DNA of 51,788 bases from Tubiluchus corallicola. Taxonomy: Eukaryota; Animalia; Priapulida. Position 1 is the stretch's first letter; each line of letters opens with the position of its first letter. Below are positions 23,287-32,870 of the stretch, in pieces. The notes beneath the pieces are model-generated. The model was not told the origin of the DNA. It saw nothing but the letters and a program-made list of their open reading frames with translations, and searched no databases. The translations under genes were made by a program, and so were the position numbers. The stretch lies in contig JAQGDQ010002423.1 in the NCBI GenBank assembly GCA_030141605.1, positions 1 to 51,788 of the forward strand, written 5' to 3'.

Positions 23287-23865
23287 CTATTTAACAAGTT
23301 TTTCTATTAATTTTTGTTGATGTTGTATAGTATCCTTTTGAGACACGACCATATCTTCCAATTTCCCAATATAGCTATTCTTTTCTGATAACTGTTCTGA
23401 TTGATTTCCAATTTTATTTTGCAATTTTTTTATACGCTCCATAAAATCAGCATTATCATTGGTAGGCTTGTCTGAAGCAACAGAAACAGTATTATAATCA
23501 CCTATGCCACCATAGTTGATACCATCTACTACTATTTTATTAGTTGTATAGTTGTTAGTAATATATTTAATGATTTCTTGTTTCAATTTATCTGCCGATT
23601 TAGGAGTCAGAGGTTTGTCAAAGGTATCTATTTTACGCAAATCTACCAAGTATTTTTCTTCTTTACTTTTCAACATTTCTCCTTTACCTGTTAATAACCA
23701 TTCGGGATTTATGTCATAAAAAAGAAGAATCTTCTCTGCTATATCTGTCCTTATATTACTTTTTTTATCAATAAGCCCTTTCGAAAGACCAGTTTCTTTA
23801 TAAAATCTATATCTTGTAATCCCCTGATTTTCAAGATATTTTAAAATTCTTTTAGATGCCTTCAC
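23287..23865 (-). CDS. Phage CI-like HTH repressor
   Basis: N-terminal HTH (ILKYLENQGITRYRFYKETGLS...INPEWLLTGKGEML) and a C-terminal coiled coil; no S24 peptidase motif is seen. Confidence 0.8.
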   Translation of the reverse strand: MKASKRILKYLENQGITRYRFYKETGLSKGLIDKKSNIRTDIAEKILLFYDINPEWLLTGKGEMLKSKEEKYLVDLRKIDTFDKPLTPKSADKLKQEIIKYITNNYTTNKIVVDGINYGGIGDYNTVSVASDKPTNDNADFMERIKKLQNKIGNQSEQLSEKNSYIGKLEDMVVSQKDTIQHQQKLIEKLVK

Positions 23866-23870
23866 AAAAC

Positions 23871-23946
23871 AGGAGAAAAAAATATGTTAAATTATTTGTA
23901 TAGGAGAAAAAATACATCTATATTTGTTCTCATAATAACAAATATA
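23871..23946. promoter_or_regulatory. Opposed Bacteroidota sigma-A promoters with repeated putative operator
   Basis: Rightward TTTG (23895-98), 20-bp spacer, TATATTTG (23919-26). Leftward TATATTTG read as CAAATATA at 23939-46. AGGAGAAAAAA(A)TA occurs twice (about 23871 and 23902). Confidence 0.6.
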
Positions 23947-23958
23947 CAAATAAAAAAA

Positions 23959-24122
23959 ATGAAAATGAATTTAAAGTATCTGGTAAAAAAATCCATTAAG
24001 CGAAAAACATAGCCAAAGCCCTAGGCTGTTCATCTGTTTATGTAAACCAGATAAAAAGCGAAAAATCAAAAGGAGTGAGGCAAACAAGGCTATACCAGAA
24101 TATAATAGATGTGCAGCCATAG
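23959..24122 (+). pseudogene. Cro/Ner-like HTH remnant
   Basis: The fragment KNIAKALGCSSVYVNQIKS is not linked to an intact start (stop or frameshift near 23997-24012) and is divergent from the repressor. Confidence 0.5.
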
Positions 24123-24158
24123 ATAAAGTACTTGTAAAGCACAGCAAAAAGAACAAAA

Positions 24159-24386
24159 ATGCATAACCACAGCGGCATTACTATATATAAAGCTAAGATA
24201 CACCTAACTATAAGCAAGTTAGTAGAAATGGGAATAAGTAAAAATTACATCAAAAAAGCACTTTCGAAAGCCAAAGGTTACCCTAATAGTTACCCTGAAA
24301 GGTTACCCTCTTGGCATCGCATTAAAGAACTATATGGCAACCGTAAAACCGTATGGGTGTGTTATGAGACTATAACAGATATATGA
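24159..24386 (+). pseudogene. Probable N-terminal stub of the Mu-like transposase
   Basis: Its position right after Cro and the sequence SW..IK...NRKTVWVCYETI resemble the N-termini of Bacteroidota Mu-like transposases as I recall them. No DDE core follows. Confidence 0.4.
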
Positions 24387-24487
24387 CCTGCAAACCTACC
24401 TACTTGCAGCAAATGAAGATCTAGAAGAGAGAGGGCTAATGAACAAAACAATTTTATTAATAAAAACATTTTAAAAAAAGTAAAACT

Positions 24488-26050
24488 ATGGCAAAAAAAA
24501 GTTTAGAAAGACAAGTTTACATAACTGGAGAAGGAGGACGCAAATGGTTCTCGGACGACTGGATAAATATGCAAAACACACTACTTGAAATAAGCAACAA
24601 GCTGCTTGAAGGAGTAGGCAACTGTGTAGTAGCCGGCATAGAAGCAACAGGCACAGGACCCTACAACCTAAGCGAAGGCATAGCCTATATAGATGGTGAA
24701 TTCTGCTACTTCGAAGCCCTTACCAACACCACACTACCCATTTACCTAAGTAAAAGCGAAGTAGAGGTAAAAAAACGTGAATATGCTGGTGGAACGGCAC
24801 TAGCCATCTCACGTAGGTATGTAGCCAAGGTAAACACATCGTCCACAGGAGCTAATGAACTAGAAATAAACGCAAACAACTACCCCAGCCTACGACTAGC
24901 CAAGATAAATCCCAATGGAGAGCTTGTAGGCTTACCCAAGAGCGACAGCCCCACACTAAACAGTAGCAACACCTTAGCCACCAGTAAGGCGGTATACGAC
25001 AAGCTAAGTGACTTACCCAACGCCAAGAGCGACAGCCCCACACTTAACGACAGCAACACCTTAGCCACCAGTAAGGCGGTGAGGGATGCCACAAGGGGTA
25101 GTTCTTCCACACAGGTGAAAATAGGAGATAATGCAGAAGCCAGTGGCACCTATTCCACCGCACTGGGATATAGAGCAGAAGCCAGTGGCTACCGATCCAC
25201 CGCACTGGGATACTATGCAAATGCCACTGGCAACAATTCCACCGCACTGGGATACTATGCAAATGCCACTGGCAACAATTCCACCGCACTGGGATACTAT
25301 GCAAATGCCACTGGCAACAATTCCACCGCACTGGGATACCATGCAAAAGCCAGTGGCGAAGATTCCACCGCAGTGGGACGAAGTGCAAAAGCCCTTGGCA
25401 CCTCTTCCACCGCACTGGGATACTGGGCAACAGCCAGTGGCAGCTATTCCACCGCACTGGGATACAATGCAAATGTATCAACAGATAGCACTATGGTGCT
25501 TGGGGACTCTAATACCACTGTAAAACTAGGCAATGGTAATGTGGTAACTTCCGACGAGCGAGATAAGATAGACATAGCCGATAATGAGCTGGGACTGGAC
25601 TTTGTAAAGCAGATAAAAACCCGCAAATGGAGAGGCAACAATAGAGACCAATATTGGATAAGAGAAAAAGTAAAAGAAAAAAGAGAAGGAGCAGCAGAGG
25701 AAGAAGAAAGAGAAGTATTCAAAACAGACGAGAAAGGCGAGCGTGTGTACGATGCTAAGGAACACGCCAAGGGGAGCAAGGCAGGCAAGCGCTGGCACAG
25801 GGGGGTAGTATCCCAAGAGATGCTCAAGCTCATAGACCCTATGGTGTTTTCGGGTGTGAAGGACACAGAGGTGAACAACCCCGACATCAACCACCAAGAA
25901 ATGGGCTTTGCCTACGACCAACTCATCGCCCCTATGATAAAAGCCATACAAGAACTATCAACAAGAATGGAAGAAAAGCAAACCCAAGTACAACAACAGA
26001 AAACACAAATAGAGCAACTTCTTAACCGAATAGAACAATTGGAGAAGTAA
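24488..26050 (+). CDS. Tail fibre 1: baseplate-anchoring N-terminus, YadA-like (Hep_Hag) repeats, C-terminal S74-type intramolecular chaperone
   Basis: N-terminal GG.K...DD...MQN...C.V.G...EG..YIDGE, two SNTLATSKAV linkers, 8-9 A.G..STALGY repeats and SDERDK followed by a coiled coil. Confidence 0.85.
   Translation: MAKKSLERQVYITGEGGRKWFSDDWINMQNTLLEISNKLLEGVGNCVVAGIEATGTGPYNLSEGIAYIDGEFCYFEALTNTTLPIYLSKSEVEVKKREYAGGTALAISRRYVAKVNTSSTGANELEINANNYPSLRLAKINPNGELVGLPKSDSPTLNSSNTLATSKAVYDKLSDLPNAKSDSPTLNDSNTLATSKAVRDATRGSSSTQVKIGDNAEASGTYSTALGYRAEASGYRSTALGYYANATGNNSTALGYYANATGNNSTALGYYANATGNNSTALGYHAKASGEDSTAVGRSAKALGTSSTALGYWATASGSYSTALGYNANVSTDSTMVLGDSNTTVKLGNGNVVTSDERDKIDIADNELGLDFVKQIKTRKWRGNNRDQYWIREKVKEKREGAAEEEEREVFKTDEKGERVYDAKEHAKGSKAGKRWHRGVVSQEMLKLIDPMVFSGVKDTEVNNPDINHQEMGFAYDQLIAPMIKAIQELSTRMEEKQTQVQQQKTQIEQLLNRIEQLEK
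25130..25471 (+). repeat. 42-bp coding tandem repeat (YadA-like head), three copies identical
   Basis: TCCACCGCACTGGGATACTATGCAAATGCCACTGGCAACAAT and variants. Confidence 0.9.
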
Positions 26051-26058
26051 TTTAACAG

Positions 26059-26254
26059 TTAGTAATTCTGTGCAGCAGAAAAAGATGCCCTTCTTTGAAA
26101 TTTAGCAAGTTTTCAAACGAAATGTAGCGAAAAGGAATGGGCTTCTGTTTGAAGTGAGCGAATCAATGAGCGAACAAGCTCAGCCCATTTCAGTGCAACG
26201 AAGAGTAAGAAAACCCTTTAAAAGCAGTTATACTCTGCTGCGCAAAATTACTAA
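26059..26254. repeat. Long-hairpin element, type R copy 1, with about 21-bp imperfect terminal inverted repeats
   Basis: TTAGTAATTCTGTGCAGCAGA...TCTGCTGCGCAAAATTACTAA. The core 26136-26213 recurs at about 35468-35548. Confidence 0.75.
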
Positions 26255-26266
26255 GCTTTCTTTTTT

Positions 26267-26767
26267 TTAAGTATTTTTATTATTACTTATCTCAATCTTA
26301 GGTCTTACTATTGTTTGTGGGTATTCCTTTTTGTGTGGATCTTTGTAAGCTGTTTCGTACACCATATTGTACACCTTAATGTTTTCGGTGGTCATAGGCT
26401 CAAACTTACTACTCACACGTTGTAAGGATGAAAAATGCTCTCCGCCCCAGTCTTGCAGTTGGCTATGCACCTTGTCTATAATGTCCAGTTTGTTAAGTGC
26501 TTCTTCTCTTACGGCCTGTGGTGCTAAGTTGTGCCAGTCGTTGCCAGCTTGTAGGCCTATGCGTATCTGCACTTGCACAATGCCTTGTTGCACTTGTTCG
26601 CTCAGTCCTTGCCACTGCGTATCGTTAAAGTCTATTAGTGCAGCAGGCATTACTACGGTATGGTTTTCACTTAGGTTTTCAAACTGTCCTTCCTCCAAGG
26701 TTATATAATTGAGTTCTGGTACATTTTGCATCAATCTGTCTGAAACTTCTTTAAATAATTCTTTCAC
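26267..26767 (-). CDS. Tail terminator-like protein (Mu gp37-like)
   Basis: VPELNYI...GQ.E......V.MPAALIDF...W and LD..DKVH..LQ.W.G..FS.L.R pattern; position in the minus-strand morphogenesis operon. Confidence 0.7.
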   Translation of the reverse strand: MKELFKEVSDRLMQNVPELNYITLEEGQFENLSENHTVVMPAALIDFNDTQWQGLSEQVQQGIVQVQIRIGLQAGNDWHNLAPQAVREEALNKLDIIDKVHSQLQDWGGEHFSSLQRVSSKFEPMTTENIKVYNMVYETAYKDPHKKEYPQTIVRPKIEISNNKNT

Positions 26768-26901
26768 TGTTTTTTTACATTTTAGTATTATATTATAATT
26801 ATTGTACTGCCTCTAATTTGGCAATATCTTAGCTATACCTTAGGGGGCTAGCCAAAAACTCTTTTTTAAGCATTTCGTAAATTCTTCCTCCTCTACCAAT
26901 T

Positions 26902-27348
26902 TCATTGTATCTGGCTCGATTTATTTAGTATAAAAGCATCTAATAGATTTGTTACCTCTGCTATTTTTGCAGGCTCTACTTCGTGCAACCACCCAGTAAA
27001 TTCCGTAGCCACATTAATAATATCAGCCAGAGAAATATCAACTTCTAAATGCTGTATTGCAGCCGATAGCTTAGACATTATGCTTGCCTCCTTACTATTG
27101 GCATAGCGTTTTCCTGCTCCACGTTTGGCAATGGTGTTGTTCAACTCGCGAAGCTGAGCATAAAAATTACGCAGCATTTCGGGCTTAGAGATACTCATAG
27201 CACTACGTTCCAAATCCCACTGGTTTTTTTTCACCCACTTGTTTATAGTTTGTTCTGTTATTCCCATCCTATTTGCCAGCTCCTTCTCCGTGCATCGGGT
27301 GTGGGTATATATATAGTAGGCTAATTGTTTCTTTTCTTTTACATTCAT
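26902..27348 (-). CDS. Terminase small subunit-like HTH protein (DUF1804-like)
   Basis: Probable start ATG 27348. The sequence KKQLAYYIY...KELANRMGITEQTINKWV...W and KEA.I.SKL.AAI..LE is typical of this family. Confidence 0.75.
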   Translation of the reverse strand: MNVKEKKQLAYYIYTHTRCTEKELANRMGITEQTINKWVKKNQWDLERSAMSISKPEMLRNFYAQLRELNNTIAKRGAGKRYANSKEASIMSKLSAAIQHLEVDISLADIINVATEFTGWLHEVEPAKIAEVTNLLDAFILNKSSQIQ

Positions 27349-27508
27349 AGTATTCTCAAATTTATTTGTATTGCAAATATGATGTGTTTTCTCTTTTTTT
27401 TTGCAAAACACTCCGAGCTTGACAACAAACACTCCAAAGCTTGCAATGTTTCTTGCTTCTAATGGTTTTAACTATGATTTTTGTAACGCAATTTCTTAGA
27501 AAAGAACT

Positions 27509-28363
27509 ATGAAGAAGAACTACTCCTTTATACTTTCCGATGAAACGGTCAACTCTTATGGCTACCGTGTGCTTACCAGTGGTATCAATTTAAAGCATTT
27601 CAAACAAAACCCCATTATGCTCTACGACCACAATAGCCAGCTGATGCCCATAGGCCTATGGAAAAACATACGAGTAGAAAAAGCACAGCTAAAAGCCGAT
27701 GCCGTATTTGACGAAAAAGACAAATTGGCTCGAACTGTAAAAAGCAAAGTAGAACAAGGTATACTCGATGCTACCTCCATAGGTATTACAGTGCAAAAAA
27801 CCTCTAAGGAAAAAGAACATATGATAAAAGGGCAAAAAAGTGCCACCATTGTACAAAGTGTACTCAAAGAAGCCTTTATCGCAACTCTTCCTGCCAATAA
27901 AAACGCACTGAAACTACATTTCCACAATCCACAAATTACACTATCTGCAAACTGTAGTATACAACAACTGAACGATTTGTTAGAAGCTCATTTAGACAAA
28001 ACTGAATGGAACAGGTACACAGACAGCAGAAATACTAAGGTACAAAAGCCCAGTAAACTGCATATTAAACTTGGCGTAGAATCCGATAACGAGGTGCTGA
28101 ACCTTATAGAACAAAAAGACCAACAAATAGAGCAGCTCAGTAGCACTGTGGAAACCTATAAAGCCAAAGAAAAAGAACGGAAGGAGGCAAAAATGACAGC
28201 ACTGCTCAACCAAGCTATAAGCGAACGCAAAATTACAGAAGCTGAAAAAAACAACTGGAAAGCAATGTTTTTGCAAGACACTGAAACGGTAAAGCGAATG
28301 TATAAAGAAGAGTTTGGAACGAAAATGCCAGATAGGTTAATTGAGCGATTAAAGGAGAAATAG
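27509..28363 (+). CDS. Prohead protease/scaffold protein (HK97/Mu gpI-like)
   Basis: SDETVNSYGYRVLTSGI....F..NPIMLYDH...PIG.W, S.G and PAN.NA motifs, then a coiled-coil scaffold. Confidence 0.8.
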   Translation: MKKNYSFILSDETVNSYGYRVLTSGINLKHFKQNPIMLYDHNSQLMPIGLWKNIRVEKAQLKADAVFDEKDKLARTVKSKVEQGILDATSIGITVQKTSKEKEHMIKGQKSATIVQSVLKEAFIATLPANKNALKLHFHNPQITLSANCSIQQLNDLLEAHLDKTEWNRYTDSRNTKVQKPSKLHIKLGVESDNEVLNLIEQKDQQIEQLSSTVETYKAKEKERKEAKMTALLNQAISERKITEAEKNNWKAMFLQDTETVKRMYKEEFGTKMPDRLIERLKEK

Positions 28364-28631
28364 AACAACAATTAAAAAAAACGAAGGATTGTTTCCATCT
28401 ACAAAAATACAAGTTTCACAACCCTTGGCTTATTATAAAGGATAAATATAGTTATTTTTTTTAGTGTTTTTTTCTTTACACTTTTTTGCCTTGAACCAAC
28501 CGAGCGTTGTAAGTTTGCTACGTTCGGCGGGTTCTTTTTGACTAACAAAAAGAAAAAAGCTTTTGAAAAACAACAAACAAAATACCGCATAGCAGAAACA
28601 AACGCCCTTAAAGGCTAAAACTAAAAACTGC

Positions 28632-28799
28632 AAAATACTGCGTAGCAGAATACGATGCCGCCTAATAAAAATAGCGTTAAGCCCTTTGTAGCGAAGGAGA
28701 AAAAAGAGGATTTTCTGTTTGAGCCGCAGGCGAGTTTAAAATCTTCTCTCCGTAGCGAAGAAGGGTAGCGTAATTTTTATTCAGCGGGAGGTTTTTGCT
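28632..28799 (+). repeat. Long-hairpin element, type P copy 1
   Basis: 168 bp with 4 mismatches to 30803-30970 (manual alignment). Confidence 0.9.
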
Positions 28800-28921
28800 C
28801 ACAAACTTTGCTTTCAAAGGAGTTCGCGAGCTTGCTACACTCGGTTGCTTCTTTTTGACTGACAAAAAGAAGAAGAAAAAGAGCAAAAAACAATATTAAT
28901 AATTATTCAAAACAAAACATT

Positions 28922-30721
28922 ATGACAACCAATTCTTTCCAAGAAGGCAACGGAGTCTTCAACACAACTACACCTAACGCACCCAACAACGTGCATATAG
29001 GCGAAAACGACGTATTAAAACTAAAAGTAGGCGAAATATCCTACGACAACCAATACTTTAGCGTTTCCAACGAAGCCACCTCCCCCCAAGCCATATACTG
29101 CGACGACGTAAGCCTATGGATAGTAGATGACACTACCAACAAAGTATACCGTTACGACGCAGACAACATCTATACTGGCAACTCCTTTAGCGTATCTGCA
29201 GAAACCACCTCCCCCCAAGGAGGCTACTTCGACGGCAGCCATCACTGGATAATAAGCGGAGAGAACAAAGTCTACAAATACTCCTCAGGTCTTTACACTG
29301 GTACCTCCTTCGACCTAACCAACCAGACCACCTCTCCCCAAGGAGGCTACTTTGACGGCAGCCATCACTGGATAATAAGTGCCACCAACGTAGTATACAA
29401 ATACGACAGCTCAGGCAACTACACCAACACATCATTTGACACCTCCAATGAAACCAGCTCCGCCCAAGGCGGCTACTGGGACGGTGCAAACCATTGGATA
29501 ATAGGAGAAAACAGCCAATCAGTGCATCAATACGACACCTCAGGAACATACACAGGATTTAGCTTCACCACAGCCGGCGAGACCACCGATATACGCGACG
29601 GCTATTGGGATGGTAAAAATCATTGGGTATTAGACGACACACAAAAAGTAGTTTACAAATACAACGTCCCCTCAGAAGTAGAAATAGGCACAGACACCTT
29701 GATACACGGAGCAATGCAGTCGGAAAGCATAGTAGATGCCCTAGGCAGCAAAGGAAACCCCGGACAAGTTCTCACGGCAAAAGAGAAAGACACCTACCAA
29801 TGGACAGACGACCTAACAGACAACCTCAACAACATCAACGAACACAAGAACAAAACCGACAACCCACACCAAGTAACAAAAACCCAAGTAGGACTTGGTA
29901 ACTTACCCAATGCCAAAAGCGACAGCACTACACTAAACAGCAGCAACACATTGGCTACAAGTAAGGCAGTGAGGGATAAGTTAAGTAGTATACAACAAGG
30001 CAATGGCACATTCAACACTACTATACCTACCAACGCTAATGATGTACACATAGGACAAGGTGATGCAGTAGTGGTAAGAGACAATGGTAAGGTTGGCATA
30101 GGCACCACAACCCCACTGGAAAAGCTAACAGTAATTGATGGAAACATAAGAATACATGGGATAAACAATGGAATTGATTTGCAAACAGCATCAGGAATAA
30201 GGTCTTGGATAACTGTATGTAGTGGTGGCAGACTGCAAATTGGTGGTACAGGCAATAAACCCCCTGAAAAAGGAGCTATTACTATTAACGGTGGAAAAGT
30301 AGGCATAGGCACTGGCTCACCCAACCAAAAACTATCTGTAGACGGCAACGCCTCCAAATCAGGAGGAGGAAGCTGGGCTACATACTCCGACCAACGCCTT
30401 AAAAAGAACATACAACCCTTTACTGATGGGTTAGAGATTATTGAAAACATCAACCCCGTCAATTTCAAATACAACGGAAAAGCAGGCCACAAAGCCGATG
30501 GCAAAACCTACACAGGCATAGTAGCACAAGAGCTTTACGAACACGCCCCACATATGTTCGAAAAGGTAAAAACAAAACTCAACGACACCGACACCGAAGA
30601 CACCGAACTATATATCTATGATGGAGGAAACACACTACTATACACACTAGTAAATGCCACCAAACAACAACAAACACAGATAGAGCAACTTCTTAAAAGA
30701 ATAGAACAATTAGAGAAGTAG
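28922..30721 (+). CDS. Tail fibre/receptor-binding protein 2: beta-propeller-like repeats, collar, VGIGT repeats and S74 chaperone
   Basis: Five F...ETTSPQGGY.DG..HWII repeats, DNPHQVTKTQVGLGNLPN, SNTLATSKAV, KVGIGT..P and SDQRLKKNI. Confidence 0.85.
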   Translation: MTTNSFQEGNGVFNTTTPNAPNNVHIGENDVLKLKVGEISYDNQYFSVSNEATSPQAIYCDDVSLWIVDDTTNKVYRYDADNIYTGNSFSVSAETTSPQGGYFDGSHHWIISGENKVYKYSSGLYTGTSFDLTNQTTSPQGGYFDGSHHWIISATNVVYKYDSSGNYTNTSFDTSNETSSAQGGYWDGANHWIIGENSQSVHQYDTSGTYTGFSFTTAGETTDIRDGYWDGKNHWVLDDTQKVVYKYNVPSEVEIGTDTLIHGAMQSESIVDALGSKGNPGQVLTAKEKDTYQWTDDLTDNLNNINEHKNKTDNPHQVTKTQVGLGNLPNAKSDSTTLNSSNTLATSKAVRDKLSSIQQGNGTFNTTIPTNANDVHIGQGDAVVVRDNGKVGIGTTTPLEKLTVIDGNIRIHGINNGIDLQTASGIRSWITVCSGGRLQIGGTGNKPPEKGAITINGGKVGIGTGSPNQKLSVDGNASKSGGGSWATYSDQRLKKNIQPFTDGLEIIENINPVNFKYNGKAGHKADGKTYTGIVAQELYEHAPHMFEKVKTKLNDTDTEDTELYIYDGGNTLLYTLVNATKQQQTQIEQLLKRIEQLEK

Positions 30722-30802
30722 TAATGAATAACTAGTAATTAAAATTCTGCACAGCAGAATACAAACGCCCTTAAAGGCTTTTGATAGAAAAACAGCGAAA
30801 TT

Positions 30803-30970
30803 AAAATTCTGCGTAGCAGAACACGATGCCGCCTAATAAAAATAGCGTTAAGCCCTTTGTAGCGAAGGAGAAAAAAGAAGATTTTCTGTTTGAGCCGCAG
30901 GCGAGTTTAAAATCTTCTCTCCGTAGCGAAAAAGGGTAGCGTAATTTTTATTCAGCGGGAGGTTTTTGCT
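30803..30970 (+). repeat. Long-hairpin element, type P copy 2
   Basis: Direct repeat of 28632-28799. Confidence 0.9.
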
Positions 30971-31026
30971 TCTTTTTGACTGACAAAAAGAAGAAGAAAA
31001 AGAACATAAAAAAAGCATTTACAGGC

Positions 31027-31221
31027 TTTTGATAGAAAAACAGCGATGTTAAAATTCTGCGTAGCAGAATACGACCGCCCTATTTTAAATTTCGTAAAAC
31101 TTCAAACGCAGCGAAACGTAAAAATGGGCTTTGTTTGAGAGAGCGAATTACTGAGCGAACGAGTTTAGCACATTTTAGAGTAGCGAAGAGTAGAAGTTCA
31201 GAAATTTAAAATCAGGCTTGA
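31027..31221 (+). repeat. Long-hairpin element, type Q copy 1
   Basis: 195 bp with 6 mismatches to 32676-32870 (manual alignment). Confidence 0.9.
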
Positions 31222-31321
31222 TTTTTTGCTCGCTACACTCGGTTGGCTCTTTTTGACTGACAAAAAGAAGAAGAAAAAGAACATAAAATAACTATTAATA
31301 ACCATTAAAAACTAAAAAACT

Positions 31322-32548
31322 ATGGCAACAACACCAGTAACACAAGGCGATTTCCTTGACCAATTAGAAAGCAACTATACTATAAACAGCAATAGTAGTG
31401 GTGCTACTCTAATACCTGAAGAAACAATAGCAGATAGTGGAATTGAACACCCTATATTCTTATGGATAGAGGGTAATAAAATGTACCTATCAGTTAACAT
31501 CCAAGACTTTATAAGTGTGTGGGACATAAGCAACCCCACCAACCCCGTACGACTTCTGGACGAAGATTTTGGGATGGGAGTGTTTACAGGCTTATCAGGG
31601 AGTATTTGGAAAGATGGCAATACCATCTATGCAGCAGATTCTAGGCTTAGTAAAGTAACGGTATGGGATGTATCAGACCCTAAAAATCCTACTAGACAAA
31701 CCAATCAAGAAATAAGCCTACTCGTCCCAGGAGGAATATGGAAGGATGGAGATACTCTATATCTAACTGGTAAATATGAACATATGACTGTATGGGATGT
31801 ATCCAACCCCACCAACCCTGTAAGACAAACCAACCAAGAATTTGGACAAGGAGTATTTAACGCTGCAACTCGTATGTTCAAAGAAGGAAATAAATTGTAT
31901 ATAACAGACCACAACTTAAGCCGTGTAACCGTATGGGATTTATCCAACCCTACCAATCCTACAAGACTTACTGACGAAGAATTTGGAAGTGGAGTGTTAG
32001 ATGAACCAGTAGTAATAAGGATAGCAAATAGCAAAGCATACGTAGTAAGCCATGGGTCAGAATTGGTAAACGTATGGGACATAAGCAACCCTACCAATCC
32101 TATAAGACTTACTGACGAAGAATTTGGAAAGGGGGTGCTTATTAATCCTTTTGGCTTATGGATTAAAGGAGATAAAGCATACGTATCATCAAATGATACC
32201 TCAACAGGAGTAACCGTATGGGACTTAAACACAGGCAATCAGATAATAGATAACAATGCCAACAACATACTAGGCAAGCTACAAGTAGCAGATAAAAAAA
32301 TAAGAATAGAATACAGCTGCCAAAACAATGGAGAATACACCATAAAAGAAGTAATAGACGACAACACTATAGAAGTAAACGAACCCCTAGTGTCCGAAAC
32401 CTTCAACGGAAGAGTACTACACAGCAATAACAATGGCGAAATATGGGAACTGATAGACGACAACTACTACCTAAGAGAAAAACAGTGTGAAAATAATACA
32501 GAAAATACGGACGACACAGACGATTCAGAACATATAGGTGAATTATAG
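31322..32548 (+). CDS. LVIVD-type repeat beta-propeller protein, putative receptor-binding or accessory tail protein
   Basis: Six repeats of W..G..LY......VTVWD.SNPTNP.R.T.EEFG.GV; no signal peptide. Confidence 0.75.
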   Translation: MATTPVTQGDFLDQLESNYTINSNSSGATLIPEETIADSGIEHPIFLWIEGNKMYLSVNIQDFISVWDISNPTNPVRLLDEDFGMGVFTGLSGSIWKDGNTIYAADSRLSKVTVWDVSDPKNPTRQTNQEISLLVPGGIWKDGDTLYLTGKYEHMTVWDVSNPTNPVRQTNQEFGQGVFNAATRMFKEGNKLYITDHNLSRVTVWDLSNPTNPTRLTDEEFGSGVLDEPVVIRIANSKAYVVSHGSELVNVWDISNPTNPIRLTDEEFGKGVLINPFGLWIKGDKAYVSSNDTSTGVTVWDLNTGNQIIDNNANNILGKLQVADKKIRIEYSCQNNGEYTIKEVIDDNTIEVNEPLVSETFNGRVLHSNNNGEIWELIDDNYYLREKQCENNTENTDDTDDSEHIGEL

Positions 32549-32675
32549 GGAAATATAACACAGCAAACACCCCTAAAAGAAAAATTTGTCCCCCCACTAC
32601 ACCCTCCTCACGAAGGGTGGGGGAAGGCAAAAAAACTACTAATTCTACGCAGCAAAAACGAGAGCTCTTAAATGA

Positions 32676-32870
32676 TTTTGATAGAAAAACAGCGAAATTA
32701 AAATTCTGCGCAGCAGAATACAACCGCCCTATTTTAAATTTCGTAAAACTTCAAACGCAGCGAAACGTAAAAATGGGCTTTGTTTGAGAGAGCGAATTAT
32801 TGAGCGAACGAGTTTAGCCCATTTTAGAGTAGCGAAGAGTAGAAGTTCAGAAATTTAAAATCAGGCTTGA
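32676..32870 (+). repeat. Long-hairpin element, type Q copy 2
   Basis: Direct repeat of 31027-31221. Confidence 0.9.

Noticed and set aside
25130-25471. Regular 42-bp repeats resembling a CRISPR array
   Set aside because: They are in-frame coding repeats (14 aa) with no unique spacers, and there are no cas genes.
28399-28886. Short minus-strand ORFs in the repeat-rich spacers (also 32403-32723, 32847-33065 and 35514-35753)
   Set aside because: They are low-complexity translations of the non-coding hairpin repeats with no protein-like features.
29794-30504. 236-aa antisense ORF and similar shadow ORFs over alaS, parC, secDF and tail genes
   Set aside because: They lie opposite well-supported genes and are explained by codon bias.
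32586-32632. C-rich/G-rich imperfect hairpin after the LVIVD gene
   Set aside because: It is a single copy, probably a generic REP-like or terminator-like hairpin, and no specific function can be supported.
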